Below are positions 49,948-59,450 of a stretch of 64,000 bases of DNA, one piece after another. Both the position numbers and the translations under genes were made by a program. Position 1 is the stretch's first letter; each line of letters begins with the position of its first letter. Below the pieces are notes generated by a model. It searched no databases. It was given only the letters and a program-made list of their open reading frames with translations, and had not been told where the DNA came from. The DNA comes from Acidobacteriota bacterium (lineage in GTDB: Bacteria; Acidobacteriota; UBA6911; RPQK01; JAJDTT01), in the NCBI GenBank assembly GCA_965263035.1, contig OZ253580.1, forward strand, positions 2,368,001 to 2,432,000, in the 5' to 3' direction.

Positions 49948-50067
49948 CTAGGAAAGGCGACTTTTAGCCGCCTTCTTTTTTGGTCGCCCGCTTCCGTAGA
50001 TTGCCCCTCGCTCCTAGGAGAAAGTCGGGGGAAGTCCAGCCACGCTTGCTGGCAGATCCGATTTTTT

Positions 50068-50076
50068 TGTTAGAAT
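50068..50076 (+). promoter_or_regulatory. Putative extended -10 promoter for tRNA-His
   Basis: TGtTAGAAT followed by a GC-rich discriminator (GGCGTGCC), about 55 nt upstream of the tRNA. Confidence 0.5.
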
Positions 50077-50129
50077 GGCGTGCCTTCCGCCCGGGGACTT
50101 CAAACCAGGGCGTGACATTTCGCATATGT

Positions 50130-50207
50130 GGTGGGCGTAGCTCAGTCAGGTAGAGCACAGGGTTGTGGCCCCTGTGGCCGTGGGTTCGAGTCCCATCGCC
50201 CACCCCA
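50130..50207 (+). tRNA. tRNA-His (GTG)
   Basis: G-1 + GTGGGCG/CGCCCAC acceptor stem, C73, encoded CCA; D-arm GCTC/GAGC; anticodon arm CAGGG-TTGTGGC-CCCTG; TTCGAGT T-loop. Confidence 0.97.
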
Positions 50208-50321
50208 TTCCCTGAGAAATCACAAATTCCTAATCCCAATTCCCAAACCGAAGAGGGGGACTTGGAGGGGTCCAGGCGACTGGAAGTCGCCGCTCCGCCG
50301 CCGCTCCTGGGCTCCGGGAGT

Positions 50322-50585
50322 TCAGGAGTGACTCGGGGGATCGCCCGAATTGTCCTGTTGACGTTTGAGCGACTCGGTCAAAAGATCCCGGATCTGGATC
50401 AGCAAAGCGAGAACTCCGCAGACTGCGATTGCCGTCGCGACTCCGGTCAGCAGACCCACGAAGACTCCCGACGCCCTCGAAACCCCGCCTACCAGGCCCA
50501 GGAAAACGAGCAGGATCGCAAGTGCGCCATTGAGCGAACCGATGGATTCAGCTAAGAAAAGGTTGATTTGCTGGATTAAATTCAT
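50322..50585 (-). CDS. Small two-TM membrane protein
   Basis: Hydrophobic segments ending in LALLIQIRDLL. Confidence 0.6.
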   Translation of the reverse strand: MNLIQQINLFLAESIGSLNGALAILLVFLGLVGGVSRASGVFVGLLTGVATAIAVCGVLALLIQIRDLLTESLKRQQDNSGDPPSHS

Positions 50586-50631
50586 GACCGGCAATATAGC
50601 AAGAAGAGAAGTGAGGAACGAGGCGTGAGAG

Positions 50632-50796
50632 CTAGGAGTCTGCGCGGTAGAAATGATCGTAGCGAGAAAGTGGGGAATCGAGGCCGGATTTTCTCGATTG
50701 TGAGGTGCATAGTTGTTCTATTCGCCGAGAAATCGGGGAAATATGGACCGATTCTACCGCTGTCGCAGTAGATCAATTTCTGCGGCGCAGGCTCCT
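50632..50796 (+). mobile_element. MITE family A, copy 3
   Basis: Near-identical to 1981-2147; lies 5 bp past the Eis gene stop. Confidence 0.85.
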
Positions 50797-50801
50797 CCGG
50801 C

Positions 50802-52001
50802 TCAAAAGTGCTCGCTGCACCAGGGAGGGACGTCGACCCGGAACATGGCGTCCGCTTCGCTGAGTTTCTTCGAGTTGCGGGTATGAACCCGGCCCGCGCG
50901 GGACAGGGTGCGGAAGCTCACGCCGCCGAGGTAGGCGGCGCCCAGCTCGTTGGCCGTCAGTTCCAGGTCCGGCTGGCGTGTGGTCGGACGGCAGGTGGCT
51001 CCGTCCGGCCCTCCTTCCAGCTCGAAGCGGCCCCGGTTCCAAGGACAGCTTGCGTCCTCCAACTCCAAGACCAATCTGCCCGATGAAGCGTACCGGCGAG
51101 CGGAAAGAGCCGCCGGAGCGTCCACCAGCCGAAGCCAGAGAGAGTCGCAGGGAGAGCGCTTCAGGTGACGCGGGTCCGCCAGCATCCAGAGCAGGGGGTC
51201 CTGCAGGGGGCGGTGGCGAGCTCGGATGGTGGTCATCAGGTCCACTCCGAAGCAGAACTGCCAAAGCGCTCTCTGAGCCCGCGAGTTGAGGCCGCACAGT
51301 TCCTCCACCGCGACAGTTTGATCCCGGTGCCGGATCCGGTAGAAAACGTAGCCTTCCACGCTGGATCCGTCTCGATACGCGGCGTGGATCAACCGGGTTG
51401 CATCCCGGCAGCCCCGATCCTGGGGGTCGCCCAGCGCCAGTTCCCAGCGCGCGGCTCTACGATGGACGGTCCCCACCCGCCGGGACAGGGACTCCTCATG
51501 AATCCGGGGAAAGAGATCCAAGGCCTCGGACCGGGAGACGAAATCCACCCGTCCCGCCCCGGAGTCACTGGGAATCAGCTGCGTCCGCAGCCGGTCTATG
51601 GCCCAAGATTCGTGGAACGTGGCCATCCCGTATCCGAAGCGCCCGTAAATGATGCTCTCGGAGGCGTAGAGACCGGTGAGAGGATCCCCTCGTTCATGCA
51701 TGTCCCGGAGCTGGCGGTTCATCATCCGGGTCATGATCCCCCGCCGCCGATGCGTGGGCTGGACCGTCACCCCGGCCAGCGCCGCCATGGGGAGCCAGCC
51801 GCCCGGGACCCGCATCCGGAAGGAGTGGACGTTGATGGTGCCGACGATCCGCCCCGAGTCGTACGCGGCCAGTGAACGGTCCAATTCCACCGGAGTGCGG
51901 AGGATCTGAGATTCCGGGATGCTGAACCCGAAACCGCTGACCTTGGCGCGGATCCAGGCGGGATAGTCGTCGGCGGTGACGTTCCTCAATTCGATGCTCA
52001 T
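50802..52001 (-). CDS. Eis-family GNAT N-acetyltransferase
   Basis: VTVQPTHRRRGIM, LYASESIIYGRFGYGMA, LWLRLVDAPAALSARRY, CPWNRG, LGAAYLGG, C-terminal PWCSEHF. Confidence 0.9.
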   Translation of the reverse strand: MSIELRNVTADDYPAWIRAKVSGFGFSIPESQILRTPVELDRSLAAYDSGRIVGTINVHSFRMRVPGGWLPMAALAGVTVQPTHRRRGIMTRMMNRQLRDMHERGDPLTGLYASESIIYGRFGYGMATFHESWAIDRLRTQLIPSDSGAGRVDFVSRSEALDLFPRIHEESLSRRVGTVHRRAARWELALGDPQDRGCRDATRLIHAAYRDGSSVEGYVFYRIRHRDQTVAVEELCGLNSRAQRALWQFCFGVDLMTTIRARHRPLQDPLLWMLADPRHLKRSPCDSLWLRLVDAPAALSARRYASSGRLVLELEDASCPWNRGRFELEGGPDGATCRPTTRQPDLELTANELGAAYLGGVSFRTLSRAGRVHTRNSKKLSEADAMFRVDVPPWCSEHF

Positions 52002-54214
52002 TCCGACTCCGGCATGAGTTTCACTTCGACCCCGAACCGGCCGAATCGATTCTGATCTCCCTCCAACTCGAAGGTCAGGATCTTCTCGGGGCGAGACCTG
52101 CAGACCAGGACCCGCGTCCAATCCCGGACCCGAACGGTGACTCGATAGTCCCGCTCGGGAAGGACGTTGTAAAGGCAGAGGCCGTGGCGGCGAATCAACT
52201 GCAGATCCAGGGTGACCGTGGAGTCGGCGGCGGCGTAGACGGCGTTCAAGATCTGAAGCCCCTTGGAGTTGGCGTTCAGAAGCAGCGGACAGTCCGGGGG
52301 CGGCGGCCCCAACCGGAGGGTCACCTGGTCTCCGGGGTCCAGGGGAGGCGGCGTGAAGTAGTGTCCATCCACGATGTGAATGTAGTTCAGACCGGCTGCC
52401 GAGACCCCTTCCACGGGAACGTCGGTTTCCACCATGAAGCCTTCCAGGCGCCGGCTGGCGGGGTTGGCCAGGGTCACGCTCTCGGGCGAGTTCGCACGGA
52501 AGCGGAAGGACTCATAGTCGTTCATGCTCTCGTACAGCATCTTCTCGCTGGCCAGCCAGAAGCCGAGACGCTCGGCGCGAGTGATGGCGTAGATCAGGTA
52601 GTCCAGGGTTCCTCGCCCCTGGTTGACGCTGGCGTCGGCGCTGAAGAGAGGATGGTATTGCAGCGTGTAGACTCCGTTGTCCAACCAGTAGGGGTCTTTT
52701 TCACCTTCGCCCGAACCCAGTTCGAACTCCCAGGGAGGCTTTCGCGTGGTGGCTTCCTGAGCCGGGGAGGGGGCTTTCCCATGCCGGCCCGAGTAGATGA
52801 GGTCCACCAGGCGGTAGTCGCAGTCGTATTCGTGGGTCCGATCCCAACCCCGCAGGGCCTGGTGCTTCTCCACGCTGGTCATGACCGGGTGATAGGGGAA
52901 CCAGAAACCGGAGCTGGCCACGGTGTAGCCGCCGTCGGTCTGGTAGGCGTGCTCGCCATACTCCCACATGTTGTAGAAGCAGAAAGTGCAGGTTCCCAAG
53001 ACATGGGGGACGCGCTCGTACAGGTAATCCATGGCGTCCAGGGTCTCCGGGTGGGCGTGGGAGCCGCCGTGCCGTCCGCAGGTGTACACTCGTATTCCCA
53101 GACGCTCCTCCGAAATCCGAACGTGGTCGTAGAGCCCCTTTCCCACCAGATAGGTGGGGGGACCGCCGTCCTGGCTGTCGTTGTGAAGCCCCGCCTCCAG
53201 GAACTCGTACTTGCCGACCTCGCGAACCCAGAGCCGGGACTGCTCCTCGGTGGCGGAATCGGCTGCAATGACCGGGTCCAGAATGTCCCAGCTGGCCGGC
53301 ACCAGGTTGGCCGCTTCGTACTCCAGCATGGCGAGGTCGGCCGAATTGTCCACGTCGTGCCGCAGGGAGAGGACGCCCCGGTAGCTGCCGAACGCGCGCA
53401 GCCGGGAGGAGGGCAGTCCCTGGTTCCGTTCCTTCAGGAGCCGGGCCAGGAAGTAGACCAGCGTGTCTCCCCAGTGGACCGGATTGTTCCAGTTCCGGAT
53501 CTCGTCCACGTAAAGGTGAGCCTGCAGCACCCCGCCCAGAAATTCGAAGACCTGATTGGCCACGTAGAGGGTGTTGCCGGCGAGGACGATCCCGGCGCCC
53601 AACCGGTTTCGGGTGGCGGTCGAGGCGTTCCGGAGGTCTCCCGTGATCTCGTAGAGACCGGCTGGCACTTCTGCGCCGGCGGCGGCCTCGACTCGATGAA
53701 CGGCCGCGCCGCGAGCACCCGAGACGTAGAGATCATCCCAGGTGGACGTGTCGCCGAACGGGGAGCCGGCGGTCCAACCCCAGCCGCTGTATCCCTGAGG
53801 CCGCTCCAGCCGGGATCGCTCCAGACCCAGGAGCGAGTCGGGGAGATTGGTCCTGCCCGTGACCATGAGGAAGAAGTCCGGGTCCCGGAGCCGCTCCCGG
53901 ATCCGGGCAACGGTGCTCTCCTCCAGGCGGGCGGCATTGGGAACCACGAGAGTCTGATACTCCCGGATCGAATCCCGCAGCTCCTCCTCGTTGACGGTAT
54001 CGTGCTTCAAGTTCAGCCGGTTGAGGAACGCGGAGCCGGCGTTCGGCGCCAGATAGGCGTACTCCCCCTTGAGCCAGCGGGCCCGCTCGCCCCAGGCATC
54101 GGTGAACTCGTAGATCTGGTCACGCGCCAGGGCCTCCTGGACGTAGAGCTGCCGCGAGCTCTCGCTCTTGAGCAGGGCGATGTTCTGGTGCAGGTTCGGT
54201 GGCATGTCGGTCAC
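51998..54214 (-). CDS. Hypothetical protein with a polysaccharide-deacetylase-like central domain
   Basis: 738-aa ORF with host-like codon usage; LSLRHDVD, EAGLHND, LQYHP metal-site-like motifs; ATGA overlap with the Eis gene. Confidence 0.6.
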   Translation of the reverse strand: MTDMPPNLHQNIALLKSESSRQLYVQEALARDQIYEFTDAWGERARWLKGEYAYLAPNAGSAFLNRLNLKHDTVNEEELRDSIREYQTLVVPNAARLEESTVARIRERLRDPDFFLMVTGRTNLPDSLLGLERSRLERPQGYSGWGWTAGSPFGDTSTWDDLYVSGARGAAVHRVEAAAGAEVPAGLYEITGDLRNASTATRNRLGAGIVLAGNTLYVANQVFEFLGGVLQAHLYVDEIRNWNNPVHWGDTLVYFLARLLKERNQGLPSSRLRAFGSYRGVLSLRHDVDNSADLAMLEYEAANLVPASWDILDPVIAADSATEEQSRLWVREVGKYEFLEAGLHNDSQDGGPPTYLVGKGLYDHVRISEERLGIRVYTCGRHGGSHAHPETLDAMDYLYERVPHVLGTCTFCFYNMWEYGEHAYQTDGGYTVASSGFWFPYHPVMTSVEKHQALRGWDRTHEYDCDYRLVDLIYSGRHGKAPSPAQEATTRKPPWEFELGSGEGEKDPYWLDNGVYTLQYHPLFSADASVNQGRGTLDYLIYAITRAERLGFWLASEKMLYESMNDYESFRFRANSPESVTLANPASRRLEGFMVETDVPVEGVSAAGLNYIHIVDGHYFTPPPLDPGDQVTLRLGPPPPDCPLLLNANSKGLQILNAVYAAADSTVTLDLQLIRRHGLCLYNVLPERDYRVTVRVRDWTRVLVCRSRPEKILTFELEGDQNRFGRFGVEVKLMPESE

Positions 54215-54248
54215 TCCTGATCGCAGCTCCCGGCGAGGGAGGGTTTTT

Positions 54249-55103
54249 TCAGATTTTCAGCCGCGGGTCCAGGGCGTCCCGGAACCCGTCCCCGAGAAAA
54301 TTTACGCTCAACAGGCTCACGAAAATCAAGAGACCCGGGAAGATGGCCAACCAGGGGGCGACCTTCAGGTAATGCTGGGCGTTGAGCAGCATGTTGCCCC
54401 AACTGGGAAGGGGAGGCTGGATGCCCAGCCCCAGGTAGCTGAGGCTGGACTCGGCCAGGATGGCGTAGCCCAGGTTGAGGGTGGCGTAGACGATGATGGG
54501 GGCCATGGTGTTGGGCAGGATGTGCCGCAGAATGATTCTCCAGTGGGGACTCCCCACCACCCGGGCCGAGTCCACGAACTGCATTTCCCGCAGCGAGAGG
54601 AAGGAGCCGCGAACGATGCGCGCCAGGCTCATCCACCCGAAGATCACCAGGATGCCGACGATCTCCCAGACGGTCCCCTTCCCCAGGCGGGAAAGGATCA
54701 GGAGCAGGGGCAGGCTGGGAATGGAGAGCATGAGGTCGGTGAAACGCATCAGCAGGGTGTCGATGAAGCCTCCATAGTATCCCGAGACGGCGCCGATGAG
54801 GATGCCGGCCAGGGCGCTCAGAAGGGCTGCCGAGAGACCCACGAAGAGGGAGACGCGCCCTCCCTGCAGCAGCCGCGTCAGGACGTCGCGGCCCAGCTCG
54901 TCCGTCCCCAGCCAGTGGGACGCGGAGGGAGGTTGCAGATGCTGCTGCAGATTGACCCGGCTGTAGCTGTGAGGCGAGAGCCAGGGTCCCAGCAGCGAGG
55001 CCAGGGCGATGACTCCCAGGAGGCTCAACGAGACCATGGCCAGGCGATGCCGGCGGAGCCTCTGCCAGGCGGTGACGCCCGATCGGGTTCGAGACGGTTC
55101 CAT
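54249..55103 (-). CDS. oppC: Peptide ABC transporter permease (OppC/DppC)
   Basis: HWLGTDELGRDV, ARIVRG..EMQFVDSAR, RHILPN, GDGFRDALDP. Confidence 0.9.
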   Translation of the reverse strand: MEPSRTRSGVTAWQRLRRHRLAMVSLSLLGVIALASLLGPWLSPHSYSRVNLQQHLQPPSASHWLGTDELGRDVLTRLLQGGRVSLFVGLSAALLSALAGILIGAVSGYYGGFIDTLLMRFTDLMLSIPSLPLLLILSRLGKGTVWEIVGILVIFGWMSLARIVRGSFLSLREMQFVDSARVVGSPHWRIILRHILPNTMAPIIVYATLNLGYAILAESSLSYLGLGIQPPLPSWGNMLLNAQHYLKVAPWLAIFPGLLIFVSLLSVNFLGDGFRDALDPRLKI

Positions 55104-55116
55104 GGTCGGCGGTTAC

Positions 55117-55274
55117 CAGTCCGTGGTGAAAGTCCCGCGAGCACCGAGACCGTTCCTGCGCCCGCCGGACAAGGCGCGATGAGGGAGCATACCCGGAGTA
55201 TGTGACCGAGTCGCAACGCAGTCCGCCGGGATGCAGGGACGGTCGAATGCCGTGACGACTTTTACCACGGGCTG
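55117..55274 (+). mobile_element. MITE family C, copy 1 (158 bp) with 4-bp TSD TTAC
   Basis: TIRs CAGTCCGTGGTGAAAGTC / GACTTTTACCACGGGCTG; TTAC on both sides (55113-55116 and 55275-55278). Confidence 0.9.
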
Positions 55275-56231
55275 TTACTCCATTCGGATCCTGGGGTCCA
55301 GAAAGGCGTAGGCCACTTCGGCCAGGAGATTGAACAGGGCCACCAGCACCCCGAAGATGAGGAAGATGGCCATGGCCAGGTAGTAGTCGTTGTTCATCAG
55401 GGAATCGAAGATCAACCTCCCCATGCCGGGCCAGGAGAAGACGATCTCGGTCACCACCGCTCCGCCGATCAGGGCGGGAATGGTCAGGGCGATCAGGGTC
55501 ACGATGGGAATCAGCGCGTTCCGGAGGGCGTGGCGCAACCAGATCATCCTTCCCGGAAGACCCTTGGCCCGGGCCGTCAGAATGTAGTCCTGGCGGATCA
55601 CCTCCAGCAGGCTGGAGCGCATGTAGCGCATCCAGCTGGCGGTGCTGAAGAAGCTCAGCACCAGAACCGGGGCGACGTAGTACCGGGCCTGCCCCCAGAA
55701 GCCCAGACCCGGCTCGATGGAGGGATGCCCTCCCGGCGGCAGCCAGCCGAGAACCACCGAGAAGAGGAGAATCACCAGAATCCCGGACCAGAACACGGGA
55801 AAGGAGATCCCCACGAAGGCGACCAGCGAGAGCAGATAATCCACCAGGGAATATTGGCGCAGAGCGCTGTAGACCCCGATGGGAATGGCGATGAGGATGC
55901 TCACCAGGAGGCTGAGGCCGGTCAGGGCCAGGGTGTTGGCCAGACGTTGGGGAAGAATACTGGTAATGGGACGATGGTAGAGACGGGAGTAGCCCAGGTT
56001 CCCCTGAACCACCTGTGACAACCAGCGGAAGTATTGGACATAAATCGGATCGTCCAGGCCATAGACCTCCCTCAACCGCTGCACTTCCTCCGGAGTCACG
56101 TTGGGATTGGACAGCACCAGCATGTCCATGGGGTCCCCGGGCACCAGTTGCATCAAGCTGAAGACGACGACGGTCACGAAGAAGACCACCGGAATGGTCT
56201 GCGCCGCCCGCTTCAGCAAGTGTCGATACAT
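55275..56231 (-). CDS. oppB: Peptide ABC transporter permease (OppB/DppB)
   Basis: PGDP, GLDDPIYVQY, QDYILTARAKGL, HALRNALIP, LDPRI. Confidence 0.9.
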   Translation of the reverse strand: MYRHLLKRAAQTIPVVFFVTVVVFSLMQLVPGDPMDMLVLSNPNVTPEEVQRLREVYGLDDPIYVQYFRWLSQVVQGNLGYSRLYHRPITSILPQRLANTLALTGLSLLVSILIAIPIGVYSALRQYSLVDYLLSLVAFVGISFPVFWSGILVILLFSVVLGWLPPGGHPSIEPGLGFWGQARYYVAPVLVLSFFSTASWMRYMRSSLLEVIRQDYILTARAKGLPGRMIWLRHALRNALIPIVTLIALTIPALIGGAVVTEIVFSWPGMGRLIFDSLMNNDYYLAMAIFLIFGVLVALFNLLAEVAYAFLDPRIRME

Positions 56232-58186
56232 CAATCGGCTCCGTCGGGAAATCCCAAATCCCACACCGAAGAGCGAGGAGAGCCGACCCACGACCCAACC
56301 GGATCACCCCCAGAGGAAAGCTCTTCTGAGAAACAGAGGAAAGAGTGAAGATAGGCGCGTAGTTTACGAGTAGCCGGCACCTCAACCGAAATGATCTCTT
56401 CGGGGAAGATGCCGGATTGTTTCGAAGCCTTGTTTCTCCCACGAATCCACCGGGTGCCAGCCGGTGAGGGGGTTTTACTCTTTACGCTTTTCTTTTTTCT
56501 CTTTCCTTCCAACTTCCAGGCTTCGACTCCCCAGCCCAGAAAGAGATCCGGATACGGAGTGTACCCCTCCAGCCTCCGATCCATGCTCACGACCCGGACG
56601 TGCCAGTACAGGGGGAGCGTGGGCAGTTCCCGGACCCAGACTTCCTGTTGCCGGCGCAGCAGGCCATACCGCTGCTCGTCGTCGATGGTGCCCAGCGCCT
56701 GCCGGATCAGATCCTTGTTCTCCTGGACCGCGTCCCAAGGCGACCCTTCCGTCAACTGATCCAGGTTGGTGCCCTTGGGCCACCAGAGCCCGTAGGCCGA
56801 CACCGTGGCTTCGGGCTGGACCACCCAGCGCCAGATGGCCGCGCCACCCGGCGCCAGATTCTGCTTCTGCAGCGTATCCGGGAAGAGCAGCCGTGCCGAC
56901 TGGGGCCGGATCTCCACCTCGATCCCCAACTCCTGCCACAGAGCCTGAACCACCGACGCCACCTGCAACCGGGTCCGGTCCCCCGCCACCGTGATCAGGG
57001 TCAGGCGCATGGGCTCTCCCCGCGCGTTTCGGAGCGGCCCTTCCCCTTCCCGGGACCAACCGGCCTGCTCCAGGAGTCGCCGCGCCCGTTCCGGATCATA
57101 GCGATACTTTTCCAAGTGCGGGTTGTGGGCCGGATGACCGGGATGGACCCAGGAGTGGGCCGGCGGCTGCTTGCCCCGAAAGATCGCCTGGTTGATGCCG
57201 GCCCGGTCGATGGCCAGGAGGAGGGCCCGCCGCACCCTGAGGTCGTCGAAAGGCGGATGGTTGATCTGCACTGTGACATGTTCCAGCCAGGCCACTCCCA
57301 CGTATCGGATCCCGATTCCGGGACTCTCCTCCAATTCCCGGGCCTGCTCCAGCGTGAGCCAACCGTCGGTGAGATGGACCTGCCGGGTGGAGACGGCGAT
57401 GGCCAGGGCGTTGAGATCGGGAATCACCCGCACCAGGATCCGCTCCAGGCGGGGCGGCGGGCCCAAATTGTAGGCCGGGTTGCGGACCAGCAGGATATGG
57501 CTGCCCGAGACCCATTCCCGGACCTGGAAGGGGCCGTTGGCCCGCGGATACACGCTGACCCTCTCGTCGGCCAGGAAACGGTCCCAGTAGGCCCCTCCTT
57601 CGGAACGGTACTGCTCCCAGATGGGACGGTAGTAGTGCTCGGGGATGAGACGCAGCCGGACGTCCGCGTTCCCGAAGGGCCAGAGCGTCTTGTAGACGAC
57701 CCGGAGCGTGTGGGAGTCCAGGGCTTCCACGTCGCCGATGGGCTCCAGGTAGGACGCCCCGTGAGGGTACTGCCCGTCACTCATGAGCTCCCAGGCGAAC
57801 GCGGCGTCGCGGGCGGTGATCTCGGTTCCGTCGGCCCACTGCAGCCCCCGCCGCAGATGGAAGGTGGTCTCCATCACCCCGTTTTCGTGGTCTACCTTCC
57901 AGAGACCGTTCTCCAGGCTGGGCAGCTCCGTACAGAGCACGCAATAGGGTTTTCGCTGGGAATCGATCAAAAGCAGCGGACGCCAGATGAAGGAGCCGAC
58001 GTCGCCCGAGACCATCAGGTTTCCCACGATTCCGAAGAGAGCGTCCGGTTCCTGGGAGACCCCGATCACCAAGGTCTTGTCGGGGTCCGAAATGGGGAGA
58101 TCCGCTTGGCCGCCGCAACCCGGGACGGCCAGACAGGCGAAGGCCGTCAGGAACCAAATACGCAAGGACAGCGGCAACGTCGACAT
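56231..58186 (-). CDS. oppA: Peptide ABC transporter substrate-binding lipoprotein with a ~90-aa repeat-derived C-terminal extension
   Basis: Lipobox VPGC; QEPD, WADGTEITARD, NGPF, VRRALLLAIDR, ELPTLPLY; after WGVEAWKLE it reads through element B copy 3. Confidence 0.85.
   Translation of the reverse strand: MSTLPLSLRIWFLTAFACLAVPGCGGQADLPISDPDKTLVIGVSQEPDALFGIVGNLMVSGDVGSFIWRPLLLIDSQRKPYCVLCTELPSLENGLWKVDHENGVMETTFHLRRGLQWADGTEITARDAAFAWELMSDGQYPHGASYLEPIGDVEALDSHTLRVVYKTLWPFGNADVRLRLIPEHYYRPIWEQYRSEGGAYWDRFLADERVSVYPRANGPFQVREWVSGSHILLVRNPAYNLGPPPRLERILVRVIPDLNALAIAVSTRQVHLTDGWLTLEQARELEESPGIGIRYVGVAWLEHVTVQINHPPFDDLRVRRALLLAIDRAGINQAIFRGKQPPAHSWVHPGHPAHNPHLEKYRYDPERARRLLEQAGWSREGEGPLRNARGEPMRLTLITVAGDRTRLQVASVVQALWQELGIEVEIRPQSARLLFPDTLQKQNLAPGGAAIWRWVVQPEATVSAYGLWWPKGTNLDQLTEGSPWDAVQENKDLIRQALGTIDDEQRYGLLRRQQEVWVRELPTLPLYWHVRVVSMDRRLEGYTPYPDLFLGWGVEAWKLEGKRKKKSVKSKTPSPAGTRWIRGRNKASKQSGIFPEEIISVEVPATRKLRAYLHSFLCFSEELSSGGDPVGSWVGSPRSSVWDLGFPDGAD
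56334..56510 (+). repeat. Unclassified element B, copy 3 (diverged)
   Basis: AAGAGTGAAGATAGGCGCGTAGTTTACGAGTAGCCGGCACCTC...TTCGAAGCCTTGTTTCT...CCAGCCGGTGAGGG with purine/pyrimidine heptamer arms. Confidence 0.75.
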
Positions 58187-58256
58187 CTGCAGTTCCTGAC
58201 TCCCGTCTTGCCCGAGCGGGCCTCGCGGCGGTATATTGGCCGCCTCCATGGCCGGG

Positions 58257-58416
58257 CAGTCCGTGGTGAAAGTCCCGCGAGCACCGAGACTGTTCCTGCG
58301 CCCGCCGGACCAGGCGCAACGGAGGGAGCATACCGAGAGTATGTGACCGACTCGCAACGCAGTCCGCGCACGATGCAGGGACGGTCGAATGCCGTGAGGA
58401 CTTTTGCCACGGGCTG
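58257..58416 (+). mobile_element. MITE family C, copy 2 (160 bp), no matching TSD
   Basis: Highly similar to 55117-55274; flanks CGGG/CCAT. Confidence 0.88.
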
Positions 58417-58463
58417 CCATGGTCAACCGTCCCGCGTAGACGCGCGGCTGGGGATCCGCACCT

Positions 58464-59450
58464 GTGACTCACCTGCTGGAAGTAAAACGGTTGAGTGCTC
58501 GCTACTACACCCCCGGCGGCGTGGTTCGAGCCGTCGACTCCATCTCCTACTCTCTGGATCAGGGAGAGACCCTGGGGCTGGTGGGCGAGAGCGGCTGCGG
58601 CAAGAGCGCCAGCGCCCTGTGCCTGCTCAGACTGCTGCCCGACCCTCCGGGCAAGATCGTGGGAGGCGAGATCCTCTTCGACGGACGAGACCTGCTGAAG
58701 CTCAGCCACCAGGAGATGCGCAAGGTCCGCTGGTCCGAGATCGCCATGGTCTTTCAGGACCCGCTGGCTTCCCTCAACCCCGTCCTGACCATAGGCTTCC
58801 AGATCCAGGAGGTATTGCGGTTGCACGAGGGGATGACCTACCGGCAGTCCCGGGACCGGGCCCGTGAGCTTCTGGCCCTCGTGGGAATCCCCGACCCGAA
58901 GAGCCGGCTGGACCAGTACCCGCACGAGTTCTCCGGAGGCATGCGGCAGCGGGCCATGATCGCCATGGCCCTGGCCTGCAACCCCCGGCTTCTGATCGCG
59001 GACGAACCGACGACCGCGCTGGACGTGACCCTCCAGGCCCAGATCGTGGATCTGGTCAAGGAACTTCAGCAGCAGTTGGGGATGGCGGTGATCTGGATCA
59101 GCCACGACCTGGGAGTGATCGCCCGGCTGGCCCAGCGGGTGATGGTCATGTACGCCGGCGCCATCGTGGAGGAGGCCGAGGTCCGAGCCCTCTACTATAC
59201 TCCCCGTCATCCCTATACCAGGGGTTTGCTCCAGGCCACTCCCCACGCCGGAGCCGGGAGGGAGCGTCTGGTTTCCATTCCCGGCCAGCCGCCAGACCTG
59301 ATCGAAGAGCTTCCGGGCTGTCCCTTCGCTCCGCGGTGCGAGCACACCGTGGAACGGTGCCGGCAGGAGGTCCCCGTTCTGGAGCCGGTGGGGCCGGCTC
59401 ACTGGGTGTCCTGCTGCCGGAAGGACGAGTTGGCGGGAGGTGCCGGTTGA
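58464..59450 (+). CDS. oppD: Peptide ABC transporter ATP-binding protein
   Basis: [36 protein letters not shown]-terminal Cys cluster. Confidence 0.92.
   Translation: MTHLLEVKRLSARYYTPGGVVRAVDSISYSLDQGETLGLVGESGCGKSASALCLLRLLPDPPGKIVGGEILFDGRDLLKLSHQEMRKVRWSEIAMVFQDPLASLNPVLTIGFQIQEVLRLHEGMTYRQSRDRARELLALVGIPDPKSRLDQYPHEFSGGMRQRAMIAMALACNPRLLIADEPTTALDVTLQAQIVDLVKELQQQLGMAVIWISHDLGVIARLAQRVMVMYAGAIVEEAEVRALYYTPRHPYTRGLLQATPHAGAGRERLVSIPGQPPDLIEELPGCPFAPRCEHTVERCRQEVPVLEPVGPAHWVSCCRKDELAGGAG

Noticed and set aside
50130-50800. Integrative element at tRNA-His
   Set aside because: No integrase and no duplicated tRNA 3' end were noticed in the window; only REPs, a small gene and a MITE follow.
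55117-55150. Group II intron domain V resemblance (GTGGTGAAAGTC)
   Set aside because: The sequence is the terminal inverted repeat of MITE C with a matching opposite end and TSD; there is no catalytic AGC triad helix or domain VI.
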